The position numbers were made by a program, and so were the translations under genes. Below, one piece after another: positions 13,780 through 27,069 of a stretch of 64,000 nt of DNA. The first letter of the stretch is position 1; each line of letters starts with the position of its first letter. Source of the stretch: Octopus sinensis (Eukaryota); NCBI RefSeq assembly GCF_006345805.1, contig NC_043001.1, positions 98,146,001 to 98,210,000 of the forward strand, written 5' to 3'. The notes below the pieces were generated by a model. It was given only the letters and a program-made list of their open reading frames with translations. It had not been told where the DNA came from and did no database searches.

Positions 13780-14313
13780 GATGAGATGGTGGTGGTGGTG
13801 GAGGTGGTGGTAGTGGTGGATGCTGCTGCTGTTCATGATAATGGTGACGGCAGTGGTGGTGGTGGCGAGGGTGATCTTAGTGGTGGTGGTGAAGCTTTTT
13901 GTGGTGGGGTTGTTAAAACGATGACGGTGACGAGGACGACAGCTATGACGGCAATGATGATGATAATGAGGAGGAGGAGAAGGAGAGGAGAGGAAGAGGA
14001 GAAAGGGGAAGAAAGTGAGAGATATGTTGCTCTTATATGCTTAATTTTCTGGAATCCAGGGATGTGCTTATGGCCCAAAGGAACAAAAACAAAAAGAAAA
14101 CTTCATCAATTAAATTAAAGTAGGATTGATGGTTCAAAGGATTGATAGTATAAGGGAAACAGCAAGGGGTTAGGGTTTCAAATTAAATAAGCTAAACTAA
14201 TACTAGGGTTACTATGACGATGACAAAAACAACGATAGCAATGACGATAAGAATCAGGATGATGATAATGAGATGGAGGAGGGTGAGAAAGAAGAGGACG
14301 GAGAGTAGTAGTA

Positions 14314-14351
<38 letters not shown>

Positions 14352-14964
14352 TAGTAGTAGTATTGATGGTAGTAGTAAGAGGAGGAGAAGGAGAAGGACG
14401 GGGAAGGAAAGTAGTAGTACTAGAAACAGCAGCATTAGTAGTAGTAGTGATGGCAGTAGTAGTAGTGGTAGTAGTAGCAACAGCAGCAGCAGTAGTGGTA
14501 GTAGTTTTAGTAGTAGTAGTAGTAGTAGTTTTAGTTTAGTAGTAGTAGTAGTAGTAGTAGTGGTGATGGAATGGGGTTTGTGTGAGTGCGTGTTTGCATG
14601 TGTCAGTGCGTATCATTGAGACTGGGGGAGGGGTGGCCGAAAATAAGAGAGAGATAATGACGACGATTATCATCAGCAACTTCAGCATCCTTTCCTTCTG
14701 CTCTTCTTTGTCATCGTCATCATCGTCCATCATCGTCGTCGTCGTCGTCGTCGTCAAAATCACCATCATCGTCGTAGTCGTCATCGTTGTCGTCGTGATC
14801 ATCATCATCATCATCATCGTCATCATATTTGATTGATTTACTTTATTCGTCATTATGAATTGTCGTAGTACTTGTAATACCAGTCATTATCGCCGTAGTC
14901 GAACGCATTTTCATTAGAAATATAATTATCATTTCAATGTTCATGGTGATAATGATGATGATGA

Positions 14965-14995
<31 letters not shown>

Positions 14996-15470
14996 GACGT
15001 CAACGATAATGATGATGACGCCGATAATGATGCTGCTGCTGCTGCTGATGATGATGATGTCGAGATGGAGAAGTAGAAAGGGGGAGGTGTAAAAATGATA
15101 ACGATGATAATGACCACCGCCACAACCACGACACCAATGACTTCGATGATGATGATGATGATGATGATGATGACGATGATAATGGTGATGATGATGATGA
15201 TGATGATGATGGTGGTGGGTGGTTGTGGTGGTGCTGGTGGTGGTGGTTCTGGTGATGATGACGATCGTGGCGATCGTGATGAGGACGAAGTAGACGAGGT
15301 AGCAGATGAGGATAACTACGACGAAAATGTGTGTGCTTTGGAGAGGCGTATACCCGTAGAAGGCAGCAGCGGCAGCGACGGTCCCGGATGGCAGTCGTAG
15401 TAATGATGGTGGTGGTGGTGGTGGTGGTGGTGATGGTGGTGATGGTGGTGGAGACGACTGTTACGGCGGT
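13780..15470. repeat. Mosaic of trinucleotide repeats (GGT, GAT, AGT, CGT, GAC, GCT)
   Basis: Direct inspection. GC- and CpG-richer than its surroundings. Confidence 0.85.
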
Positions 15471-16189
15471 GTCGAAGAAGAAAGCGGTGACCCAAGACGG
15501 GAATTGTGGACGAAAAGAGAAAAAAATAATAAAATAAAATAAAATAAATTAAGAAATATGATAAATTCTTATGTAATTATTTTCGTTTCGTTTCGGTTGT
15601 TTCATATTACTCTTATTATTATTATTATTATTTCTTATAATTTCTTAAGATAATGGAAAACTGATTAAGATAGCCAATATAATGCTGTGTTTTATAATTG
15701 ATGTTATTGTGGTTATTCATGGTTTAGTAGGTGTTTTGGGTATGTTTATTTTATATTTTATTTTTCTTAATGTTTATTATTATATTTTTCTTTGTCCTCT
15801 TCCGAAAACATTTCACCTGTTCAAATAATTAGCGCACTATTATTTCATTATGGTCTCTAACACATTTGTTTTTTAGCATTTCTGTTTAATTTTATTTTTG
15901 ATTACTTTTTATATGTGAATTTTCGTTTTGTTCCGTTTTGTTCCGTTTTGTTTTTTACTCTTTATTTTGTCAATAGAAATTTTCCTGTTGAAATTGATAT
16001 ATTTTACTATTAATTATTAATTTCATTTTTGTTGTATCTATTACATTTTGTTAATTTCTCAATTCGAGTTTACTTCTGAGTTTTGTAATTCTGCTTCTCA
16101 TTATTCCCGCCTTTCCTATCTCTGTCTCCCATATTTTTCTTACACCTCTGTCTCCATTCTCTCTCTCTCCTCTCTCACTCTCTCTCCCC

Positions 16190-16221
<32 letters not shown>

Positions 16222-16241
16222 ATCTATATATATAGATAATA

Positions 16242-16274
<33 letters not shown>

Positions 16275-16325
16275 ATATATATACATACATATATATACAT
16301 GCATACATATATATATATCTATATA

Positions 16326-16398
<73 letters not shown>

Positions 16399-16796
16399 TG
16401 TGTGTATGTGTGTGTATACCGATTTTTTCTTTCTGATATATTACAAGTAGCGATTGCTCCATTTTTGGGAGGCAGATTGAGCATTGACATTGATTGTAAC
16501 AGTTTGGTAATGTTCATACTGATAATTACCTTACAATTCGAATTTTTGGTACATGACAGCGAGGAAACGAGAGAGAGAGAGCCTCTACATGATCAGTCAA
16601 CTTAGCAGAAATAATAGCCAAACCGCTTCCCTCAAATAACAATACAGCATGCAAATAGGGAATAAAAGATTAGATAATGCATTACGAGATACACGATGTC
16701 TGAATAAGTATTGATTGGTCACATCTAATACGCATTCATTAGAATAACCTTCGATCACAGCTTATCTGTTACTAATCAATGTCTATATGTTTGCAG

Positions 16797-17240
16797 AGGC
16801 GGCGTGCTGGCAGAATCCTTAGCACGCCAAGCAAAATGCTTAGCGTACGTCTTTACTTTCTGAGTTCAAATTCCGCCGAGGTTAACTTTGCCTTTCCTCT
16901 TTTCGGGGTCAATTAAATAAATACCTATTTCTTTACTACCCACAAGGGGCTAAACACAGAGAGGACAAACAAGGACAGACAAAGGGACTAAGTCGATTAT
17001 ATCGTCCCCAGTGCGTAACTGGTACTTAATTTATCGACCTCGAAAGGATGAAAGGCAAAGTCGACCTCGGCTTTGCCTTTCATCCTTTCTGGGTCGATAA
17101 ATTAAGTACCAGTTACGCATTGGAGACGATATAATCGACTTAATCCCTTTAAATAAATACCATTTAAGTACTGGGGTCAATTTAATCGACTTTAGCCTCC
17201 CACAAACTCACTGGCCTTGTGCCAAAATTTGAAATCAATA
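16797..17240 (+). mobile_element. Family C SINE interrupted by a fold-back family B insertion with 12-bp TSD
   Basis: taaataaatacc at 16914-16925 and 17150-17161. The insert is B body on the minus strand (16921-17071) plus the same segment on the plus strand (17072-17150). Confidence 0.85.
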
Positions 17241-19882
17241 TCGTACCTTTGAGATTTGCATGTTAATAAGCGGTTTTTTTTTTGTGCGTGTGTGTGTAAA
17301 ATATTCTTACCATTTTCACAATGCTGAACGTTAATTTTTGGATTTCACCTAGAATATATTCCGTTTTCTTAATAAAAGCAACTCTTAATTACTTTACACA
17401 TTTTTAAACTTTTAAAATTTTAGTGAGTGGTGGAAGTGTGCTCTAAGTAAGAAGTTAACTTCCCAATTAAATGGTTGAAGGTTCAGTCCCATTGAATAAA
17501 TATATTCTTTAGTATTTCAAGATCATTTTGTGTAATTTGCGTAAATATATTTCTTAATATGAGATACTCTCTTTACTCTTTTACTTCTTTCAGTCATTTG
17601 ACTGCGGCCATGCTGGAGCACCACTTTTAGTCGAGCAAATCGACCCCGGGACTTATATATACGTGTATATATATGTGTGTGTGTGTGCTTGTTTGTGTGT
17701 GTGCATGCGTGTGTGTGCATATATACATGTATATATATAAATATGTTTGTATATATTTATATATATATATATATGTATTTATGTATGTATATATATATAT
17801 GTGTATATATATATACACATATATATATATATATAATATATATATGTATATATATGTATGTATATGTATGTATATATATATATACAAACACAAATAAATA
17901 TATATTATCAATAATTCTCTTTACCTTTTTCTCTTCACCTGCGTGAGTTGTTGAGTATTGCTGTCTGGGAGATACCTTATGGTAGTAGAATAGTATTTTA
18001 ACTGCTATTTCTAAATTTCAGTATGTGGTGAAGCAAATTTTGCTGAAACCTAATTATAAATATACTCATAATTATAGAGCTTTTGTACAAATAAATATAT
18101 ATATATAGAGAGAGAAAGATAGATAGAGATATATATATATAGAGAGAGAGAGATAAAATTCACTCAGGCGTAAATTATGTTTATGCAATATTGTCTTCGT
18201 CTTCTTTTTTGTTAGGACTTTAGGGTTTTATCTGAGGGAATTGCTCGCAACTGTTTCATACTGATTGCACACTTCCACATAGAGGCTTCTTTGTTGAGTT
18301 GTCAGTCATATTATTGCCAAGCTCATGTATTGAGTGTAACCTAGTTTTTTTTGTTGTTTTTTTTTTTTTTTTGCTATATGCTGTTAAAAGCTCAAAGCGG
18401 TGGTTAAATGTACCTAATGTTGCATGAACTCATGCATAAAAACATAAATGTTAGAGGTTGTATATATTTTATTTATTTAGCTTTTTGTTAAATTGATACG
18501 GGCAATTCTAATGTTCGAAAGGAATACTCTCATCCTTCCTCGTCGGCTGTTGAACAACGATTTCAAAATTTTATGAAAGCAGAGTGATTTTTGTATTTTA
18601 TTATCGCCATTTTACAGAGTCGATTTGCAATTTTCCGGTTTACTAAGAAAACAAATAGAAATTGTTGTAAAATAAAAATTATAACCTCCCATAAAACAGA
18701 AACGAAAACCTGCAGGTCGCAGAAATTAATGATAAACAACTAAATTGGTATTGCAATTAACTTTGCAATATTATGTTCCTGAAGCGAATAGGGCCTTTTT
18801 GTTTTGTTTTGTTTCCATTCTTTTTTCAAAGTTTTCGTATGGGTTAATAACAAGAAGAAGGGTAGTACGATGACCATAATGCTGATCAATTGATAGAAAG
18901 TAGCGAAGAAAGGATCTGTGGTTATCCTAGACATGCGGTCTGGGTTGAATGATCTCTGAAGTTTATTCTTCAAATGCAATATTCACGGTTAAACAAACAT
19001 TAGTTAATAACGGATATTCGATCATATCTGTAGACAAGCAGCAGAGCAATAGCCGAAGAATTTCAAGTGTCCATATACGAGATTACAAGCTCTAGAATAA
19101 AAAAAAAAGAATATATATATATTACATGAAGTAAATGTATCTTTGTGATAGAATAAAAGAATACGGTTTTTGAATACAGAATACATATACCACATATACA
19201 GTTAATCGAGATGTTGAAATATATTTAAAAACGGAGAGCAACGAAACCTCCGCATCAATCTGAAATCGAACATCAGCCAAATTCTACAGACAAAACTTTG
19301 TAATATATAATTACGATACGAGCGTTAAACTGACCCAAAAGTTTATATCAAACACACAAATAGTGCAAAACGGCAATTTGTTTAGAGCAGGGAGCCACTA
19401 CAACATAGTACAAAATACAAGTAATTGCTTATTATTACAAAATCTCCAATAGATTTCCTCAAAATATAAAATTTAGGAACGGCTGCATACAAAACAGAAA
19501 CACTCATAATAAAATAGCACTAGGAATGTAAACTGTGAAAGTAGAATATAAATACTACACATATTTAAGTGCAGTGATGAAGTTGTAATACGTTATGACA
19601 TCCTTGTATTAATCCCAGTTGCCTGCTTCAAAAGGTGAAAGGGGTCGATGAATTAAGTACCAGTTGCGTACTGAAGTCGATCGAATCGGCTGGCTCCCTC
19701 CCCAAAATTGTCGAGCCTTGTGCCTAGAGTAGAAAAGAATATAGCGTATATGCATATATTTAAATATCTCCAACAGCAATTGAAAATGTTGTCACAAGCA
19801 TAGGTAGAAGAATCCCTCGGCGGGCAGAGATATTCGCCCATAGCACGCCCCACTATAATGAGGCATTAGCGAGTAGTTTTAT

Positions 19883-20280
19883 CTCTTTTACGCTTTCACT
19901 CCTTTACTTGTTTCAGTCATTTGACTGCGGCCATGCTGGAGCACCGCCTTTAGCCGAGCAAATCGAACCCAGGACTTATTCTTTGTAAGCCTTGTACTTG
20001 TTCTATCGGTCTTTTTTGCCGAACTGCTAAGTTACGGGGACGTAAGCACACCAGCATCGGTTGTGAAGTGATGTTGGGGGGATGAACACAGACACACAAG
20101 CACACACACATATATATATACATATATACGACGGGCTTCATTCAGTTTCCGTCTACCAAATCCACTCACAAGGCTTTGGTCGCCCCGACGCTATAGTAGA
20201 AGACACTTGCCCAAGGTGCCACGCAGTGGGACTGAACCCGGAACCATGTGGTTGGTAAGCAAGCTACTTACCACACAACC
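19883..20280 (-). mobile_element. SINE family A
   Basis: Reverse complement of the 8266-8686 type. Confidence 0.9.
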
Positions 20281-20583
20281 AGGAGGAACCCTGCCGCCTC
20301 CAAACTAGAAGAGAGGGAACCTGAATAAAAATATTATTGAATAAATAAATAGCTATAATACGGTTCATTCCTTCATACAGACAGGTTTCCATAGACAGCT
20401 CGGAGCTTCCTGGTGCTAATTAAAATTATTTCCGTTGAAATCATGGCTATAATAACTTTTTCAGTACCCATAGTGGCAATGACAGCTATTCATGTTTAGA
20501 TAATATCATTTCAAATACTGCATGCTAAAATAGGCCCAAAGACGCTGAACATATAAGCTTCGAACAACCGATATCCTCACAAC

Positions 20584-20750
20584 CACTAGTGTAGCAAGGG
20601 AATAATGGGAGTGGTCAACCCCTGGCGGTACTTTTAAAAGAGTGGCGCTTTTGGGTCGGCTGTATGCAATGTGATTTTTTTTTTTGTGGGGTCCGGGGAC
20701 GGTAAACGGAAGGGATGCCCCGGGCAGCACACACTCTAGCTACGGTAGTG
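20584..20750. mobile_element. hAT-type MITE with 8-bp target-site duplication
   Basis: TIRs cactagtgtagcaag / ctagctacggtagtg. Flanks are ctcacaac (20576-20583) and ctcaaaac (20751-20758), a 7/8 match. Confidence 0.75.
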
Positions 20751-20800
20751 CTCAAAACTCTCTACTGAGAAGACCGTTTCCCTCCTATTTTGTAGTGTCC

Positions 20801-20900
20801 NNNNNNNNNNNNNNNNNNNNNNNNNNNNNNNNNNNNNNNNNNNNNNNNNNNNNNNNNNNNNNNNNNNNNNNNNNNNNNNNNNNNNNNNNNNNNNNNNNNN
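20801..20900. other. Assembly gap (100 N)
   Basis: Run of N. Confidence 1.
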
Positions 20901-22193
20901 AACATGTACTCAATGCATGAAGTGTCATTGTTGGGGCCAAGACCCAATGAAGCACCCTCCACTGGAGATAGGTTAAAAGCCGCCCTATCGGTGGACTTTT
21001 AAGCTAGTTTTAAAATATATTTAAAAATGTATATGATGGAGTCCGCCATCGAAGATGACGTATAAGCGTTCAATCTTTGCCGAACGACGTGCACGAATGT
21101 TTTATTTATATTGATCAAATGTACGTAGCGTACATTAGTTCACTCTCTCCAACATACTGAGGTGTCGAAGTGATCGCTGAGCAATGTGAGATGAAGTGTT
21201 TTGCTCAAGAACACAACGCACCATACGGTATGGGAATTGAAACCGGGATCTCACAATCGTGAGTACAAAACCCTAACCACTAGGCCACAAGTTCTCATAT
21301 ATCTACTACATATGTGGGAAATTCTGTCTTTGGCTGTGTTTGTGGAGTTGTTAGCTAACTCCTCTTACATTATATTATCGATTTTGATGAAACTTTACAA
21401 ATGAGTAGAACTCATATCTGGAAACCTCGTGGCAACCTCAGATTGTTGCAAAATCGATATTAGGGCCCCTTGAAGCGATCCTTTTATATGTATCTAATAT
21501 ATTTCAGTTTAACAGTCAAGGGAAATAACCCATTCGACCAGATTTTAACAGCCAAGAGAAATAACCCATTTATATTCATTAATCATTTGGTATAGATCAA
21601 ATTAAGTGTGCTTATTTCTTTGTATTTGAACTGTTAGTGGTATTTTCGCAATTTATGCAGTACAATTCTTAAACAAGCAAATAGCATTTTCCGAAACAAT
21701 AGATCTACTTACTTTGGTTAGTGACTTATTCACAAATAAACCAACGCTAGTGCCACTGGGGGTAATATTCTATTGGAACGCACAAGAGCCCTTTTCAGAG
21801 TTATTTACTCTGAATTTTCATTATCTCATACTTGATTAGCTTGTTATTACGTAACATGCTTGAAGTTTTTAGTATACATACCTTATTAGTATTTCCTCCT
21901 AAGTTCTACATTCTCTGGTAACGCATTAAAACACTTTTCGGGGCTACTTTATTTGAATTCTTACTGACCTCACAATTTGGGTATTAATATCTTATAGGGA
22001 ATTCCTAAAAACAAGATCTTGTATAAGACAGTTCGGTAATCTCTGTAAATGCACAAAATCAGTTTTAAGGGCTTCATACTTTGTATTGTTGTAATTGGAT
22101 TAGCGAAATAATTATGAGAATGGAACCTAGGGGTAAACCCAGCTGTCTCTGGAATAACCGGGTACGTAGCTAGTACATACACACGCACGCACG

Positions 22194-22228
<35 letters not shown>

Positions 22229-23046
22229 GCTTGTGTCTGTATTTGACCCTCCTACATCGTTTGACAGCCGATGCTGGTGTGTTTACGTTCCCGTAACATT
22301 AGCGGTTTGGTAAAAAAAAAGACCGATATAATAAGTACTAGGCTTACAAAGAATAAGTTATGGTCTCGATTCGTTCGACTAACGGTGGTGCTCCAGCATG
22401 GCCGCAGTCAAATCACTGATACAAGTAAAGAATAAAGTATCTTTATGTGCATTCATGTATATGAGTGTATATCTCTGTGTGTGAGTTCATGTGAAAATAT
22501 TATGTATCATATGCATGCGTCCAGAAACAGAGATAGCAAGGAAAAAGAGAGCGCAATTGGTAGAGAGAGCTAAAATGAAGGGGAGAGTGGGGAGAGAGGA
22601 AGAGAGGTAGTAAGGAAGAGAAGGAGTGGGAGATGAAGAAAGAGGAAGAAAGACAGCTGTGTAAGGATCCGGTAGTGATTCTGCGGACGTGTATATGAAA
22701 ATATACAAGTTTGTATGCATAAATGTGTCTGTGTGGTGCATGATGGTGTTAGATTCACAGGAAGGTCAGTATATATATATGTATATGTGTGTGTGTATGT
22801 GTGTGTGTGTGTGTGTGTGCGTGTGTGTGTGCGTGCGTGTGTGTGTGTGTGTGCGTGTGTCTGTGTGTGTGCATTTAGGACACCAGTTGAGTACGGTACG
22901 CCGCTTATGCATATATAAAAAAACTGTCCGGATGTTTTGTTGTCGCCAGTCACATAACACTGTACTTATTCCAGTCCTCGCGTTGTTGCTTTTTCTTGCT
23001 TATATATATATATATAGATATATAATATATATATATATAATATATA

Positions 23047-23107
<61 letters not shown>

Positions 23108-23198
23108 GTATGTATATGTATGTATATGTATAATATATATATATATTATATATATATATATATATTATATATATATAATATATATATATTGTGTGTTG

Positions 23199-23230
<32 letters not shown>

Positions 23231-23504
23231 ATATATATATTCTTTTATTTTTTTTTACTTTTGTACTTGTTTCAATCAATTAACTGCAGCCATGCGCTGG
23301 AGCACCGCCTTTAGTCGAGCAATTCGACCCCAGGACTAACTTCCTAAGCTTAGTACTCATCGTATTGGTTCATTTTGCTGCACCGCTAAGTTACGGGGAA
23401 CGTAAAGTACCAGCATTGGTTGTCAAGTGATGTTGGATGGGCGGGGGGACAAACTCAAACACACAAACGTATGCATATACTATAGATATAGACATATACA
23501 TACG

Positions 23505-23560
<56 letters not shown>

Positions 23561-23689
23561 ATATATATAAATATATCTAAGTTGTATTTGCCTGTGTATG
23601 CTAGGCATGTACGTTTCATTAGAAGTGTTCAGCATTCAAGAACATAGCATACACATACAATACATATGCATGTATGTGTGTTATGCATG

Positions 23690-23760
<71 letters not shown>

Positions 23761-24037
23761 GTGTGTATAAATTTGCTTATACACACATATGTAAGTATGT
23801 ATGTATGTATGTATGTATGTATGTATGTATGTATGTATGTGTGTATGTATATGTAAGTATGTATTTTAAAACTTTTATAAATTTCTTTACACACAAACGC
23901 GCGAAATTTGTACGTCTTCGATATTAAAACGTTGCAATGGCTATGTGTCTGCAGACATTTACACACACACGCGCGTACACACACACACACGCGCACGCAC
24001 ACACACACACACACATACACACACACACACACACACG

Positions 24038-24101
<64 letters not shown>

Positions 24102-24351
24102 CGTATGTTTGCGTATGAGTGTAGGCCGGAGAGAATGTACTTCCCCTATGAATATATATAATTTTGCAACTCCTGAGGAGCTGCTCAAGGCTATTCAATA
24201 CTTGGAAATGTTTTTAAAGATTAGCTAATACTTTCTTGAAGAAACACTGCTTTTCCAGCGGTACCATTGTTTTATTGTTGTTGTTATTATTGTAGTAATA
24301 GTAGAAGTGATAGTAGTAGTAGTGGTGGTGGTATTATTATTATCATTATTA

Positions 24352-24432
<81 letters not shown>

Positions 24433-24605
24433 ATAGTAGTATGTTAAGCGTGTTATACGTTTTCATCATTATTCATTTCGGTATTGTATTTTCTTACGGG
24501 TTGTGTTTCTTTTTAAGCCACGCTATGATATCATCATCATCATCATCATCATCACCATTATTAATATTATTATTATTATAATAATAATAATTATTATTAT
24601 TATTA

Positions 24606-24667
<62 letters not shown>

Positions 24668-25134
24668 CATCATCATCTTCATCATCATTATTATTATTTT
24701 CATCACAATCATCACCATTGCCGGCATAAGCGATGAGACCCTTTTACAGACGCTCGTTTTGTGCTTAAGCATTGCTGCTCTGTAGGTTTATGTTGAATAA
24801 ATTGCTCTATCCTAGAGAATAACCTAGCTCTCAGCCTAGTCTAAAATGGTGACAGCCCCACTGCCTTTCTTTCACCTGGCTGGGAAGGAATGTTTTTCCT
24901 CTCCCGATGCCACTGTATCAGAGTATATTTATCGCCTGACCGTCTTGCTTCGTCCCGTTCTCCACCTTGTCAAGCGGTCTAACTGGTAACACCAATTCTT
25001 GGCTGTCTTGTTAGACATGTCCTGGTTGCCGATGCGCAGAACAGATTCGTTGGTAGGGAAAGGCTGCATGCACGTCGTGAGGTACGTCTTTTAGCAGCAA
25101 TTTTCTTTGATCGGTTATAATTGTGAGCGATGAG

Positions 25135-25363
25135 AACGGTGAGCTGGCAGAAACGTTAGCACGCCGGGTGATATGCGTAGCCGTATTTCGTCTGCCGTTA
25201 TGTTCTGAGTTCAAATTCCGCCGATATCGACTTTGCCTTTCATCCTTTCGGAGTCGATAATAAAGTACCAGTTACGCACTGGGGTCGATGTAATCGACTT
25301 AATCAGTTTGTCCGTCTTTGTTTGTCCCCTCTATGTTTAGCCCCTTGTGAGCAATAAAGAAAT
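25135..25363 (+). mobile_element. SINE family B monomer
   Basis: Full head to tail, ending ccccttgtgagcaataaagaaata. Confidence 0.9.
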
Positions 25364-25829
25364 ATATAATTAGAGTGACGTAAACTAAGACAGAGCGCCT
25401 GAGATCTTGAATATCGACGGGTATTCACACAGGTATTCACCAGCGCATATCTGTAGCATAAATGGGATAGGTAAATATTCTACTTTAGAAATCTACGGCA
25501 GATTAGCTTTTGAGAAGAGTGGCGTCATTTTAGAGAAATCTTTGGTCGTCGACGAAAACAAGCTGGCTAATCTGGTCTGGAGAAATTTTTTGTCGAGGCC
25601 GAGATAGATAATTTCTCGAAGATTTAGCCTAATAATATATTGAGGAGCAGTTGCAGTTTGAGATAAAATCTAGAAATGCAGAAATGCTTCCAAGTGAGCC
25701 TTTCAGAGAACCACACAGAGTGACGACACAATCAAGAAACGGATGATATGTCATAAAACATTTTGTCCGATGAGTTAACGACTTTGCCAACATTACCGTG
25801 AGAAATTTATGGCAAGGAAATATTCTACG

Positions 25830-26530
25830 TGAGTAACCCTCGGATAACAAGTCACCATCTACTGTGACCTCAGCCATCCAAGACCTTTCAAATGATTTTC
25901 GCTGTTGCTTACAAACAGGCCGGTTGCATGTACTATATGCCCATCTACAAGCCAATCATTTCTGTCCATTATTTCAACCCGTTTTTCCTAAGGCTTCAAT
26001 AATAATTGACACGACCTCAATTTTATGCCACACCACAATCTACTTCTCTCTCTTCAAGTCCTGGTATATATCATCTACGTTGTTGATTTCTTTTCCATTT
26101 ATTCTTGTATCAACTGGACAAGCTACATCAGTTATGTAGCAAATCCGTTCCCACTTCTGAAACACAAAGATATTCGGTCATTCATGCTCTTGGACATGAT
26201 CCGCTTGGAGAGGAAACTCCCAAAGAACTTCAATCTCATCATTCTCAGTCGGTTTTCATCTGCATATTCATACCAATTGTGTCCTGGTGGTACTGCATAC
26301 TTCGTACACATTTCCCAGTAGATGATCGTTGCAACATTTTACTGTCCTCAAGTTTTCTGCTGTTTCTGCACCAGTTTGGAACATTCACTTATTATGTGGG
26401 TCACTGTTTCTTCTGCGCAAAGATGACACATTGACTCCTGCCATGCATTTTGCACTATTTGTCCACAGGTTTTCATTATGAACCGCCATTATTATTCCTT
26501 CAATCTCTTTCTTGAGAATTCTCCTTTTTC
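25830..26530 (-). mobile_element. R4/Dong-like LINE 3' fragment (CCHC + restriction-like endonuclease), decayed
   Basis: Minus-strand reading across frameshifts: LKKEIEGIIMA, CHLCAEETVTHIISECSKL, NWYEY, IEVLWEFPLQADH, ICYITDVACPVD, YQDLKRE, IIIEALG. Confidence 0.8.
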
Positions 26531-26794
26531 AACCAATTTCATGTGTTTCCGCTTCTTTCTACCTCAGTATTCTTCATAAATGAATAACCTGATAGTATAA
26601 ATGTTTTTCCATATAACTTTTCTTCTTTCTCTTTTTAGAGACGTCATCTTTTTGTCTGTCCTTCTCTTAATGTGTTGGCATTGTTTGTTGCTGTTGGCAG
26701 TACTTCTGTGCTTTCGTTAACACACTGATTGAGACATTTCACTTCCGTGTCCACGCAATCCTCTACTATTATTATTATTATTATTATTATTATT

Positions 26795-27048
<254 letters not shown>

Positions 27049-27069
27049 TGGCATCAAATCAATCTTATA

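Noticed and set aside
14536-14853. Minus-strand ORF with a signal-peptide-like MLKLLMIIVVIISLLFSA
   Set aside because: It is embedded in repeat-derived poly-M/T/D and poly-Y, and hydrophobic runs arise easily from these repeats.
15095-15400. Plus-strand ORF with poly-M, Gly and acidic tract
   Set aside because: It is built from GAT/GGT repeats, with no recognisable domain or convincing splice context.
21508-21572. 25-bp direct repeat taacag.caag.gaaataacccatt
   Set aside because: Two copies only, with no termini or other structure to assign.
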